Part shown: positions 1 to 9,803 of the stretch, one piece after another
Layout of the letters: the number at the start of each line of letters is the position of its first letter
Numbering within the stretch: position 1 is the stretch's first letter
Assembly: GCA_963771045.1 (NCBI GenBank)
Contig: CAVYRW010000004.1
Span: forward strand, 401,436-465,435
DNA: 64,000 nucleotides
DNA from: Waddliaceae bacterium
GTDB taxonomy: Bacteria; Chlamydiota; Chlamydiia; Chlamydiales; SLFE01
Reading direction: 5' to 3'
The notes under the pieces: model-generated
The model's input: the letters and a program-made list of their open reading frames with translations, nothing else
Databases searched by the model: none
Told to the model about the DNA's origin: nothing
Translations under genes and position numbers: made by a program

Positions 1-554
1 TCGGGATAAAAGCTGTCAAACAGGAAGAACTTTATCAAATAGGAAGAGATTACCTGAATAACGATAATTACTTTTTGATATTTCCCTCGTTCAATCAAAC
101 ATATTTGAATTCTTCGTATACTGAAAAATTAATTAAGGATGTCATCCAATATTATTTAACCAAAGACTTTAAACAACTTACCGAGGAAAATTTACGATTA
201 TTGATAAACTGCAACTGCCTCAGCAATCCTGAAAAGATTGATCTTATTAAGCAACTTCTGGATTTATTTAAGCCCGATGAATCAGAATTCAAATTGGTCA
301 AATTAAAAGTGAGCATCATTTTGATCCATTTACGAAAATTTCTGGAATGCGAACAGAACTCTACCAAAAAGAATCAGATTTTATGGAATGCAAAAGACGA
401 CGAAATCGACAGCAGAGCTAAATTAGACACAGGGAGATTGCTCAAAGATACTCTCTCTAGTTTAGATTATTTAAAGCTCTGTGGGGAGAATGATTACGAC
501 CTTTGCATTCAACATCTTAATGGTAAGCTTGCTGAAGAATCGACTTCAGTTTAG
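1..554 (+). CDS. 3' part of a hypothetical protein (starts before the window)
   Basis: Frame of the 75..554 ORF is open back to position 3; no recognisable motif. Confidence 0.6.
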   Translation, partial: GIKAVKQEELYQIGRDYLNNDNYFLIFPSFNQTYLNSSYTEKLIKDVIQYYLTKDFKQLTEENLRLLINCNCLSNPEKIDLIKQLLDLFKPDESEFKLVKLKVSIILIHLRKFLECEQNSTKKNQILWNAKDDEIDSRAKLDTGRLLKDTLSSLDYLKLCGENDYDLCIQHLNGKLAEESTSV

Positions 555-639
555 GTAGTGTATTTAAAAGATTTTTTCCGAGAGTTTATCTGTCAATATT
601 GTTCGAGCCAATCAGCCTACCGGATCTCATGCTCCGATT

Positions 640-1060
640 AGGCAAAGGATTTAAGGAACGTTCGGTCAGGCGATGGTTAGGTCTCTTGATCGATGAGGAG
701 GCAGTTAAAAAAATCGGTCAGAAGCGAGGGATCTTGCGATTGGTCGGTCGGAACAAGTCTCTAGTGAAGTGAGTAGCTGTTTGAAAGCTATTGAGGAGGT
801 TAAGAAGTCCTTATTCGAGCGGCAACCGGCCGGCATTATGTAGATGACTGGTTCGACTGCTATGAGCCTAACTCTAGCTACTATTTACCAGAAGCTTTGC
901 CGGGTGAGCGTGCCAAAGGACAGGATACTCACATCAGATCTTTAACAGGCTTATCATTGACCTGTCCTATAGTTTCTCATGTCTTGAAGGCAATACTTAC
1001 TTGCTTTTCGATACTGAACGTCTTCTTTTTTATACCGCATGAGTTATTTGGTATCTGAAA
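640..1060 (+). pseudogene. Degenerate N-terminal fragment of an HTH-Fic family protein
   Basis: Broken frames give ERSVRRWLGLLIDEEAVKKIGQKRG, YVDDWFDCYEPNSSYYLPEAL and YSHQIFNRLIIDLSYSFSCLEGNTYLLFDTERLL (Fic LIDLSYNSSRLEGNTY-type helix); boundaries approximate. Confidence 0.55.
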
Positions 1061-1185
1061 TCTGAGAGACAATGGATGCGGAAATAAAGGGTGCTTTGGG
1101 GTAGCTCCTCTCCCAAAGACCCCTTGAATACTGACTGTAAAAGCTAAAATTCCAACAAAAGAACTTCATATTTTTTTGTTGATCA

Positions 1186-1902
1186 TTACAGTCCTCCTGC
1201 TTTCTCTAGAGCTTTGGGAAAAAGGACATGGTTTTCTTTATGGACATGTTTGTGCATGTCACCTTCGAGGTTATGAAACTTTTGTAAAAGGACTCTGACG
1301 GTGGGGCATGCTCCTTCAAAAGGTGTATAGTCATTAGTAAGGTTTCGGAATTTTTCGAGAAATCCCCCAGCATCGTTATGTTCGTGTATCATGACAGTGG
1401 TGGAGTTTTTGATATCATCGTATAACAATTCAGAACTATATTTTTCATTTTCCAAGCGACAAATCCAGGGAAAAAGAATGCTCTCTTCCTCACGCATATG
1501 TTCAAGAATATCAATGGTGAAGGTCTTAAATAACTTTTGCAACTCTTTGAACTTAGGGTGTTCAATTTCATGGCGTGCTACCACTTTCTTTAAAAGCTTT
1601 TCTATGGCAGGTAATTCCTCTTTAAGGTAGCGGTGATGTTTACTTTTGATATCATGCACCAATTCAGTTAGAGAGAACTTCTCTAGGTTGAATGTTTCGA
1701 CAGTTTCTTCTTTAGAGGCGTCGACTTTTTGCAGCTCCGTAATAAGTTCTTGAAGGTTGATATTTCTCTTCTTACAGAGCTCATCAAGAGGAATTTTACC
1801 TCCGCAACAGTACTCAATCCGATATTTATCGAAGACTTTCGCTCTATCAGGGTTTTCGGTAACGATATTACACACGTGCTGTGAGATATTTATTAGTGAC
1901 AT
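1186..1902 (-). CDS. ric: Iron-sulfur cluster repair di-iron protein (Ric/YtfE/ScdA)
   Basis: N-terminal YRIEYCCGGKIPL ScdA motif; hemerythrin-like HHRYL, HMREEE..LFP, EH, HKHVHKENHVLFP. Confidence 0.92.
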   Translation of the reverse strand: MSLINISQHVCNIVTENPDRAKVFDKYRIEYCCGGKIPLDELCKKRNINLQELITELQKVDASKEETVETFNLEKFSLTELVHDIKSKHHRYLKEELPAIEKLLKKVVARHEIEHPKFKELQKLFKTFTIDILEHMREEESILFPWICRLENEKYSSELLYDDIKNSTTVMIHEHNDAGGFLEKFRNLTNDYTPFEGACPTVRVLLQKFHNLEGDMHKHVHKENHVLFPKALEKAGGL

Positions 1903-1919
1903 TTTTTTTCTCCTTGTTT

Positions 1920-3269
1920 TTATAAAAAAAATTTAAATCGAGGTGTTTCTATAGGTTGAGATACTTTTTTGTTTAGATAAATGGTCGTTGTCAAACAACT
2001 TCCCCACAGCGTGAAGGCTATGAGTTCACAGATGCCGCTAACGCCAACAAAGACGAAGGCAATAGGAGTCGAGTCAGTGAGTATTTGTAAAGTGACGCGC
2101 AAAAAACACCCTATATTGACTAAAAAGAATGCAGTATTATGACCGACGATACATCTTGAACTAGGGGAAAAGATCTTAATTCCCATTCCCATGAGGAATA
2201 GAGAAATGAAGCCCACAGTGATAGCATGACGAATTGCTCCATAGTATGCGTGACTAAAAGAAATTTCACTAAACCATTGGTATAAGGGCATGAGAACGAG
2301 AAGGGTGAGAGAAACAAGAAGCCAACGATAAGACCATCGCATAAACTTATTGCTTGGATGTTTTTCTTTGAAAGGCTTTGATAAGCACCATATCCGTAAG
2401 ATGCTGACAGTCCCTAAGCAGTATAGAATCCATGGCAGCAGAAGTGCGGAAGCAAAATAATGGAGACCGATAAGACGGTATAAAAGAAAAAAAGAAATTT
2501 CTGTTAGTAATGCGACGATGAACAGCCACCATACTTTCCAAGCTTGACGTCTTGGAACCTTCGGCAGGTCGAAGAATGTTGGAAAGGCTTTTATGGAAAT
2601 TCCGAAGATCATAAAGAGCATGAATCCATGGATTTGTAAGTTTCGTAAAGGTGCTTGAAATGTTGCAATGTACCATACGAGATTGTCAAAAGAGGAAGCT
2701 TTGCAAATATTCCATGTATGCCACGTACTTGCAACACTCATTAAAAAAAAACATGCTATCGAGGTGAATAAATAGACGCAATATGGCTGAAATAGCGTTT
2801 TACTCTGTCTATAAGTAGCGAAAATTTGTATAGCAAAAAGAACTGCAGCGACAATCTGTAACGAACTACCTATAACGGCGGCTTGTAATGCCCAATTAGA
2901 TGTTTGCAAAGACACCATCCCTACAGCGCGGATGAGTACACCAATGACAATACTCACCAATACTGCATATGCTAAGGAGGGTATTGCAAGTGTTGATTTC
3001 CAAAAATGGGGGATTGTAAAATAGACTAACCCCATGATGAATAAACTTGCCCATCCAAATACCTGTGCATGTCCATGGGCATTGGTATCGAAGATGAAGA
3101 TAGTTATGAAAGATTGTTGTTCCCCTATCTTCAAAAGAAGATAGCTTCCCCAGGCAGCACCCATTATTATCGTTAAAACGATAGAGCAGAGCATATACCA
3201 TGTGCCTATGTTATTGCATCGATTGCCGAGAAATTCTCTTTTGAAATATGTATCTTTCATATAATTCAA
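1920..3269 (-). CDS. nnrS: NnrS-family membrane protein
   Basis: About 12 TM segments; HGHAQVFGWASLFIMG, HAITVGFISLFLMG motifs; located between rrf2 and ric. Confidence 0.72.
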   Translation of the reverse strand: MNYMKDTYFKREFLGNRCNNIGTWYMLCSIVLTIIMGAAWGSYLLLKIGEQQSFITIFIFDTNAHGHAQVFGWASLFIMGLVYFTIPHFWKSTLAIPSLAYAVLVSIVIGVLIRAVGMVSLQTSNWALQAAVIGSSLQIVAAVLFAIQIFATYRQSKTLFQPYCVYLFTSIACFFLMSVASTWHTWNICKASSFDNLVWYIATFQAPLRNLQIHGFMLFMIFGISIKAFPTFFDLPKVPRRQAWKVWWLFIVALLTEISFFLLYRLIGLHYFASALLLPWILYCLGTVSILRIWCLSKPFKEKHPSNKFMRWSYRWLLVSLTLLVLMPLYQWFSEISFSHAYYGAIRHAITVGFISLFLMGMGIKIFSPSSRCIVGHNTAFFLVNIGCFLRVTLQILTDSTPIAFVFVGVSGICELIAFTLWGSCLTTTIYLNKKVSQPIETPRFKFFL

Positions 3270-3308
3270 CTTTACTATGTAAGTTTGTAGAAAATATTTA
3301 TAATTTGA

Positions 3309-3722
3309 TTAATGCTTGGCACCTTGTGGGTATTTGATTAATTCTCCAAGAAAAACGGTGGCAAATTTATTCTCTGCAGTGACGGCGACATTTTGTAACA
3401 TCTTATGTAAAGGGCATAACGCCTGACAGGGTGTTTTACATCTTTTTAACGGGCAATGAGTGATTGGGCGTATTGGATCGATAGCATTGATTATTTCTAG
3501 GATTGTGATATTTTCGGCGGGTATCTTTAATATGAAGCCACCATCTTTACCGCGTTCAGAATCCACCAAACCCGCCTTACCTAGCTGTTGCATAATTTTA
3601 CGAAGATAGCTTAACGGCACTTCTGTACTCTCCGATATCTGTTGTGTTTTCATTTTCGACTCGCCATTGGTAGCTAAGAAAACAAGGGCTCTAAGAGCGT
3701 ATTCTACTGTTTGAGAAATCAT
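3309..3722 (-). CDS. Rrf2-family Fe-S transcriptional regulator (NsrR-like)
   Basis: MISQTVEYALRAL...YLRKIMQQL...SERGKDGGF wHTH; C-terminal Cys cluster CPLKRCKTPCQALCPLH. Confidence 0.9.
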   Translation of the reverse strand: MISQTVEYALRALVFLATNGESKMKTQQISESTEVPLSYLRKIMQQLGKAGLVDSERGKDGGFILKIPAENITILEIINAIDPIRPITHCPLKRCKTPCQALCPLHKMLQNVAVTAENKFATVFLGELIKYPQGAKH

Positions 3723-3757
3723 GTTATAAAAACCTTTGCTCTATAGATGAAAGTATA

Positions 3758-3787
3758 AATAAGATATTTATATCTTAATATCTTATT
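3758..3787. promoter_or_regulatory. Candidate Rrf2 operator (nested inverted repeats)
   Basis: AATAAGATATT-N8-AATATCTTATT (11-8-11) enclosing TAAGATAT-TT-ATATCTTA (3760-3777), 36 bp upstream of the rrf2 start. Confidence 0.55.
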
Positions 3788-4262
3788 AAATGTCCATCAT
3801 TTATTATTTTAAATTTTTTTTATGCTAGGGGACGTCTTCAAAATCGCAACCACACCAAAATGCTTGCTAAAACCACCATGACCCTGTAAAGCTCTACCTT
3901 CGCCTCGTACCGAGTGGCGACACGACGATACTGTTTGATCCGCCCAAAATAATTCTCTACAAGATGGGGCTCCTTATATAGATGCTCGTCATAAATGATT
4001 TCCTCCCTGCGACAAGAGCGCCCTGGAATAACAGCAGCTTGTCCACTATCTAGGATTAGATCCCTCAATGAGTTACTTGTCCGCAATTGTCAAACGACAT
4101 TAGAAAGTAACCCATTTGCGACAGCGAAAAGTACCCCCTTAGTTAATTTTTTATTGTAGTGTAGCAGTACAAGTTCTTATGTTCTTTGCTTGTACTGGCT
4201 TGTTCCTATTTTCTCATAGGTAATTCCCCTCCTCTTTGGGGGAGGGGTTGAAAATTAAAATT

Positions 4263-5042
4263 TTAATTCACTTTCATGCTTGTTGTAGATTTAACAAGCC
4301 CACTCTTACGTTTCTCCTTCAAGCGATAACTTTCTCCTCGTATTGTTATCACGTGGCTGTGATGCAATAGCCGGTCAAGAATCGCTGTTGCTACTGTCGG
4401 ATCCCCAAAAACATCTCCCCATTCACCTATGGCACGGTTGCTGGTTATAAGGACACTTCCTTTCTCATACCGCCGCGATATTAGCTGAAAAAAGAGATGG
4501 GCCGCTTTCGGGTCAAATGGCAAATATCCCAGCTCATCAATGATCAAAAGCTTGGCTTTTGAATATTGACTTATCTTGTCGTCAAGCCTGCCTTCAAGAT
4601 GAGCTTTTGTCAGCTGGGCAAGCAAAACTGTCGCTGAGGTAAAAAGCACCGTATAACCTTGCAGTACCGCCTCTCTTCCCAGGCCGACTGCCAAATGAGT
4701 TTTGCCCACTCCGGGAGGTCCAAGTAAAAGAACCGTGTCGCCGTTGGCTACCCATCGGCAGGTTGACAGCTCGCGTATTTGAGCAGGGTCTATCGAGGGC
4801 TGGGCTTCATAATCAAACTGATCCAAAGTTCTCGAAAAAGGAAATTTTGCCATGCTGATCCCCATTGTAATCCGCTTTTGGTCCTTGCTTTGGATCTCTT
4901 GCTTGCAAAGATAAAAAACTGTTTCCCTCAGGGTCATCTGTTGCCTGGCCGCTTCGTCAAGAAGGGTGCCCAGCCTGTCTCTGACCGCTGTTAATTTCAG
5001 CCTGGTCAGCATTGCGATTAACTGTTCATGATCTGCTGTCAT
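4263..5042 (-). CDS. istB: IS21 helper ATPase IstB
   Basis: GPPGVGKTHL Walker A, LLIIDELGY Walker B, TAILDRLLHH; ATG overlaps the istA TAA. Confidence 0.95.
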   Translation of the reverse strand: MTADHEQLIAMLTRLKLTAVRDRLGTLLDEAARQQMTLRETVFYLCKQEIQSKDQKRITMGISMAKFPFSRTLDQFDYEAQPSIDPAQIRELSTCRWVANGDTVLLLGPPGVGKTHLAVGLGREAVLQGYTVLFTSATVLLAQLTKAHLEGRLDDKISQYSKAKLLIIDELGYLPFDPKAAHLFFQLISRRYEKGSVLITSNRAIGEWGDVFGDPTVATAILDRLLHHSHVITIRGESYRLKEKRKSGLVKSTTSMKVN

Positions 5043-6291
5043 TACCACCCTCCTCCGATAACTGTTTCATACTCTGATAGCGGCCGAAGCAATTCATAGC
5101 TTGGCTGCTTCTCAGGCAAAGATTTTATTTTGCTTGAGGAAGGTTCCTTGAAACGGGCGGGATTGATAATCCCGTTAAAGTGCTCCGGTTTGACCGAACT
5201 CTCTTTTTTCCCCAAGCAGAGGGAATGTCTTGCAATCTCAGAAGGTCCTTGTGTTATAATGACCTCGTCGTTAACTACTTGTACCGTGACTTGTTGTTTG
5301 ACCAGTTACCACGGCACACTGTAGCGGTTGTTGTCCACTTCGACGCAGCAGTCATTGTGAACAACTCTTTTTAATTCCCGGACTTGGAAGAAAGGCGGCT
5401 TTCCCTCCAATTTGTTAAGAGATTTTTTTTCATCCCTTTCAAAACGCACTAAAGGCTCTTCTCCCGTTGTACCGTGTATCCGTACATCGGCTATTTCACG
5501 CATCCACCAGTGAAGATGCTCTTCCAAATGCTCCCAGCTGTCAAACTGCCTCCCGGCTATGCAATTTCTTTTTACATATTTGACCCCGCTTTCGTCTTTG
5601 CCTTTGGTTCTAGCGCGATAAGGAGCGCAAGCTCTTGGCTTGAATTTTCAATAAGAGGCAAAAGCCCGCAGACGGTCATTGAAAATAATCTCCCTTGTTT
5701 TAGGGTTGTGATATGTGACAAGAGGTTTGGGATTATCAAGAAGCACTTCTTCGGGGATTCCTCCAAAATAGCGAAAGGCTCCGTCCAATCCCTCGAACCA
5801 AGACACTTGTCTTTCGTTTGTAAAGGCTTGAACATAATTTCTTCTGGAATAGCCGAGAGTTGCAACGAAGAAAAAGACCTTCCTCTTTTCCTGAGCAATA
5901 CTTATGGTTATCGACCCAAAATCGATTTGAAGCTGTTTTCCGGGAGGTGTTTCAAAGCGAACAGTAGCCTTTGCTTTGGCTACTAGCTTTTGCCTAAAAG
6001 GTTTGACAGCTCTTTGCACCGTACGGGGGTCGACTGTGATATTATGCTGCCGGCGAAGCTCCTGGTGGACGACAGCGGCATTCCCTCCATGTTGGAGAAA
6101 GGTTTCCTCCAGCTTTCCAATCCTTGGAGCTTTCTTTTTGAATTTTTTCTTTTATAAGGAACCCACTTTCCCTGTTTCAAATATCTTTTAACAGTTTTTT
6201 CAGTGGTTCCCAGTCCCTTGGCGATACGCCTTTTTCCCCACCCTAATTTTGTAAGATCCAGTATTTGATCCACAAATTCGGGCGATTTCAT
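5042..6291 (-). pseudogene. istA: IS21 transposase IstA, frameshifted
   Basis: Fragments WGKRRIAKGLG, RFETPPGKQLQIDFG, LLDNPK, RIHGTTGEEP..F, VDNNRYSVP in different frames. Confidence 0.88.
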
Positions 6292-7097
6292 GATTTCCTC
6301 ACTTGTTTATTTATTCAAGCAAGGAAGAATTTTACCATTTTTCATGATCAATTCCTAAGTCAGGGGGGACTTTTCAATGTCGAAAGGGGGGTATTTTACA
6401 CTGTCGCCCAACAGCAATAACGTTTTCCGATTCCTTGCCAGACAACAGCCGTTCTGCTTGTGTGATGTCATGGCAGTTACCTTATGAATTTTAGTTGTTC
6501 TGCCTCCCCGAGATTTGCCTATTCCTTGCGCTGGTTGCGCTGCCTTCTTGATTACAAACGTGGCGTGTTGGTGAACGCGCACGATAGTCGCATCGATCAT
6601 ATGTGATTCGTCGTCCGATTCTTTTTTTTTAAGATCCCCCAGATTGATTCCCATACCCCATTGAGTGACCATCGCCTAAAGCGCGTGTATACCGTCTTCC
6701 ATTTTCCGAAATCTTTAGGTAAATCTCTCCAAGGCGTTCCTGTTCGCAAAATCCATAGTACGTCTTCAACCACCGTGCGGTTGTTCTTAGGAGGGCGCCT
6801 CTTTTGGTCTTTTTTTGAGGTAGAAGTGGGCCTATCTTCTCCCAGTCTTTGTCGGTCAAAATCGTTCGTGTTATTAGATGCTCCCATTGGTAAAAAAGAA
6901 ATACCTATACCACAGTTTTGATTTTGAAGACGTCCCCTAGTCTCAATCTTGAATTTATTGATGTAGATAAAACCAATACAGTATCTAGACTTTTCTTTAA
7001 TCATCGTTATATGTATATGTATAATATAGGTATCAAGTAACGCATTGAAATTTATATAAACAGAGGTCTTAGGATGCTATTTTTTTCGCAAAAAACA

Positions 7098-7923
7098 GGT
7101 GGTCCATAACATGTAATGCTCAATTTTTGAATTGACATTGATTTCCTTGTGCGTTTTCCTTTGTTTCTAAAACGAATGGAGGACCCAAATGACACCCACT
7201 TGTCCTAACTGTAAATCCACCAGTATCAAAAAGAACGGCCATATTCACAGTGGAAAGCAAAATCATAGGTGTTTGTCTTGTGGAAGGCAATTCGTCATCG
7301 ATCCTCAGCAAAAAATAATATCAGATGAGACAAAATCAAGAGTAAGACAGGCATTGCTTGAACGCGTTTCTCTCGAAGGTATTTGTAGAATCTTTGACGT
7401 CAGCATGCCCTGGCTTTTGAATTTTATGAACAGAATAATCGAAGATCTTCCAGAAGATTTGAATGCGGATGTCACTGGAGAAGAAGAGTTTGAGGTAGCT
7501 ATACTTGAGCTTGATGAACAGTGGAGCTATGTAGGAAAGAAAAAAAATCCAATATGGCTTTGGCTCGCATTTCATTCAGGTACACGACAGGTATTAGCTA
7601 TGCATGTAGGAAAAAGAAATAAGCAAGCAGCGGAATCCTTATTAGCGAAGCTCCCCGAGGACTTAAAAAAAAAGCCGTCTTTTATACGGATAAGTTCTCA
7701 ATCTACTACGAAGTCCTTCCTTGGGAACAACATCGCCCAGTCGGAAAGGAGTCAGGTAAGACAAGCTACATTGAGAGATTTAATAACACGCTCAGGCAGC
7801 GATGCTCAAGGCTAGTGAGAAAAACCCTTTCATTTTCAAAGAAAATTGAGAACCATATTGGCATGATAAAATATTTTATATGTGACTATAACCAGAGAAA
7901 AGCATTACAAGTTTAGGACTACC
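7098..7923 (+). mobile_element. IS1-family element, copy 1 (826 bp)
   Basis: Ends GGTGGTCC..GTAATGCT / AGCATTAC..GGACTACC; 8-bp target duplication AAAAAACA (7090-7097, 7924-7931). Confidence 0.93.
7189..7916 (+). CDS. IS1 transposase (InsAB', -1 frameshift in the A-run near 7665)
   Basis: CPNC..KNG....KQNHRCLSC zinc ribbon, ELDEQWSYVGKK; the -1 frame continues YTDKF..IERFNNTLRQR to TAG 7916. Confidence 0.85.
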
Positions 7924-8000
7924 AAAAAACATGTCTCTTCAGTACAACAAAGAAAAGTTGGGAAGAAAAATTATTATTTTATGTAAAGAGTGAAAATAAA

Positions 8001-8816
8001 TTGTTAGTATCTTGGTATCAAAGAAAAAGAACTCTTTGGAAAAAGTTTATCATAGGCATTGCACTTGTGAGTGTAATGCTTCCTTCGATAGCAGTGGCAT
8101 CACCAGCACACCAACCGTTTGCTGGATTTAATGCCAGCATAGGTGTTGGATTGGAGATGCCTAATATATCTAATGAAGCTAAGGCAAGCAATTTTGTTCC
8201 ATCTGTGGAGGATCTGTTTTTTACCGTATCTCGAAAAATGACCAACAATAAAGTCAATGGAGGGGTAAGATTAGGTTATTCCTGCATTTTTAAAGATCTC
8301 TTTTTGATTGGTTTGGCTGCTGATGCTATTTTTGGGAATAATAACCTAGACTTTGCTGCCACAATACGTGAAAATGGAACGGATTTACTAATAGAGCTAA
8401 ATTCAAATGTAAAGTTATCCAATCAATACGCCTTATTACTTAAATTTGGAAGGCAAGTGGGGAATAGGGCATTGTTGTACGGCTTGGTTGGACCTCGATG
8501 GGGAAATTTTTCTTTTACAATTAATAATGCCTTTAATCAAAATATTGGGCAGATTATTAACACAGGGTTAAGTACCCATACGAGTTATTACAAAACGGGC
8601 TGTGCGTTAGGAATAGGCACTGAGCTGCTACTTACCCGCTGTGTGAGTTTTGCACTTGAATATACACATACATTTTATCTACATCCTAAAATTTCGAACG
8701 AAGAAGCGCCCGTTACGAGCAATGGCGTTATAATACCTAATGCTGCTTTTACGCGAATGACTAAATTTAGTGCTCATAGCAATAACGTTATGATCCGCTT
8801 AGGTTACTACTTTTAA
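8001..8816 (+). CDS. Outer-membrane beta-barrel protein (Omp25/OmpA-TM-like)
   Basis: Signal-peptide-like N-terminus, alternating beta-strands, GCALGIGTE, ALEYTH, C-terminal RLGYYF; true start may be downstream. Confidence 0.8.
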   Translation: MLVSWYQRKRTLWKKFIIGIALVSVMLPSIAVASPAHQPFAGFNASIGVGLEMPNISNEAKASNFVPSVEDLFFTVSRKMTNNKVNGGVRLGYSCIFKDLFLIGLAADAIFGNNNLDFAATIRENGTDLLIELNSNVKLSNQYALLLKFGRQVGNRALLYGLVGPRWGNFSFTINNAFNQNIGQIINTGLSTHTSYYKTGCALGIGTELLLTRCVSFALEYTHTFYLHPKISNEEAPVTSNGVIIPNAAFTRMTKFSAHSNNVMIRLGYYF

Positions 8817-8910
8817 GAAAAGAAACTCCAAGAAAAACTTAAAAGGATTCAGTTTTCGATAGCTAGTGCTCTGTCAACCTAAATCTTTAAGTTGATAGGG
8901 TGCTAGTTGC

Positions 8911-8941
8911 AAAAAAGCAGAGCCAACCGGTTCTGCTTTTT
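8911..8941. terminator. Bidirectional hairpin terminator, cassette-end type
   Basis: AAAAAAGCAGAGCC-AACC-GGTTCTGCTTTTT; same family as 10778, 14503 and 24131. Confidence 0.75.
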
Positions 8942-8942
8942 A

Positions 8943-9104
8943 CCCGTGATTGTGACCTAATCTCGTTCGCCTCAGCAATTTTAGCAATCCATCTGCAAAC
9001 TTACCCTCCTCGGTAAGCTCTAAAGAGCTTACTCTTCGTCACGTAAGTTCACATCTGAATCACTAAAATCACTGAGGCGAACGAGATTAGGTTACAATCA
9101 CGGG
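8943..9104. mobile_element. 162-bp MITE-like element
   Basis: ~42-bp terminal IRs CCCGTGATTGTGACCTAATCTCGTTCGCCTCAG; flanked by TTTTA duplication; the empty site is visible at 10801-10815. Confidence 0.75.
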
Positions 9105-9116
9105 TTTTAGTCTGGA

Positions 9117-9154
9117 TGGAGGTGGAGAGACAAGTTCTGAATTTTTGGGTGGTC
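9117..9154. repeat. ssrA-derived att-like repeat a
   Basis: TGGAGGTGGAGAGA (identical to tmRNA 3' 14 bp) + CAAGTTCTGAATTTTTGGGTGGTC. Confidence 0.85.
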
Positions 9155-9314
9155 AAATATGGGTTCGAGTGTATCTGAGCTCATGTTAAAATTCTCCTAG
9201 TAGAAGTGAAATTAGCATTTTGATATGTTTAATACTATCAAATATCGATAATATGATCGTTAAAAGCGATCAAATACTTGTATATTGATAGGGATAATGC
9301 TATCATAAAGGTAA

Positions 9315-9803
9315 ATGTGTTGGAGGACCCTGCTCATGAAAAAGCCTAAACAGTCGGACAAACTGCTTCTGAAAGAGATTGCCAGTTCAGCATGTGACTT
9401 ACGACACAAACAACGAGGTCTTGAGATAGGCCAGCTCATTGCCCTTATCCGTAGCCAGCTTAGTATGTCGCAACGTATTTTAGCAAAAAGAGCAAAAGTT
9501 CCTCAATCAACCATATCGAATATAGAATCAGGACGGCTACAACCCAATATTGCTACCTTAAAAAAGATCTTAAATTCAATGGAGTGTGATTTGCTTATAA
9601 GCGTTATTCCGCGAGAAGAGTTTGAGATCACTCGAAGAAAACAGGCAGAGGCAAAGGCTAAAAGATCGATTCAGTATCTAGAGGGGACCATGAGCCTGGA
9701 AGCTCAGAAGCCGGACAATGGGCTGTTGCATGAGCTAATCAAGGAAAAAATAAAAAAACTATTGGATTCTTCAGGTCCAGAACTGTGGGAAGATGACTTG
9801 TGA
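9315..9803 (+). CDS. XRE HTH protein (mobile mystery protein A type)
   Basis: IRSQLSMSQRILAKRAKVPQSTISNIESG HTH; TMSLEAQ motif; GTGA overlap with the Fic gene. Confidence 0.8.
   Translation: MCWRTLLMKKPKQSDKLLLKEIASSACDLRHKQRGLEIGQLIALIRSQLSMSQRILAKRAKVPQSTISNIESGRLQPNIATLKKILNSMECDLLISVIPREEFEITRRKQAEAKAKRSIQYLEGTMSLEAQKPDNGLLHELIKEKIKKLLDSSGPELWEDDL

Larger units (their letters stand above)
4088..6413 (-). mobile_element. IS21-family element
   Basis: TGT..ACA ends with repeated CGACA..AAA.TA.CCCC motifs; 5-bp target duplication GCAAT (4083-4087, 6414-6418); istA/istB inside. Confidence 0.93.
3829..6936 (-). mobile_element. IS5-family element (IS427-like), degenerate, interrupted by IS21
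   Basis: Perfect IRs GGGACGTCTTCAAAATC (3829 / 6936) flanked by CTAG (3825-3828, 6937-6940); transposase pieces WILRTGTPWRDLP..FGKWKTVYTRFRRW, IDATIVRVHQHA, HDIT..ADK | ENYFGRIKQYRRVATRYE. Confidence 0.9.

Noticed and set aside
6597-7004. 135-aa ORF as an independent gene
   Set aside because: Mostly a frame of the decayed IS5 transposase extending past the IS end
7655-7680. IS1 stop at 7815 as evidence of inactivation
   Set aside because: The A-rich run is the expected programmed -1 frameshift site and is identical in both copies
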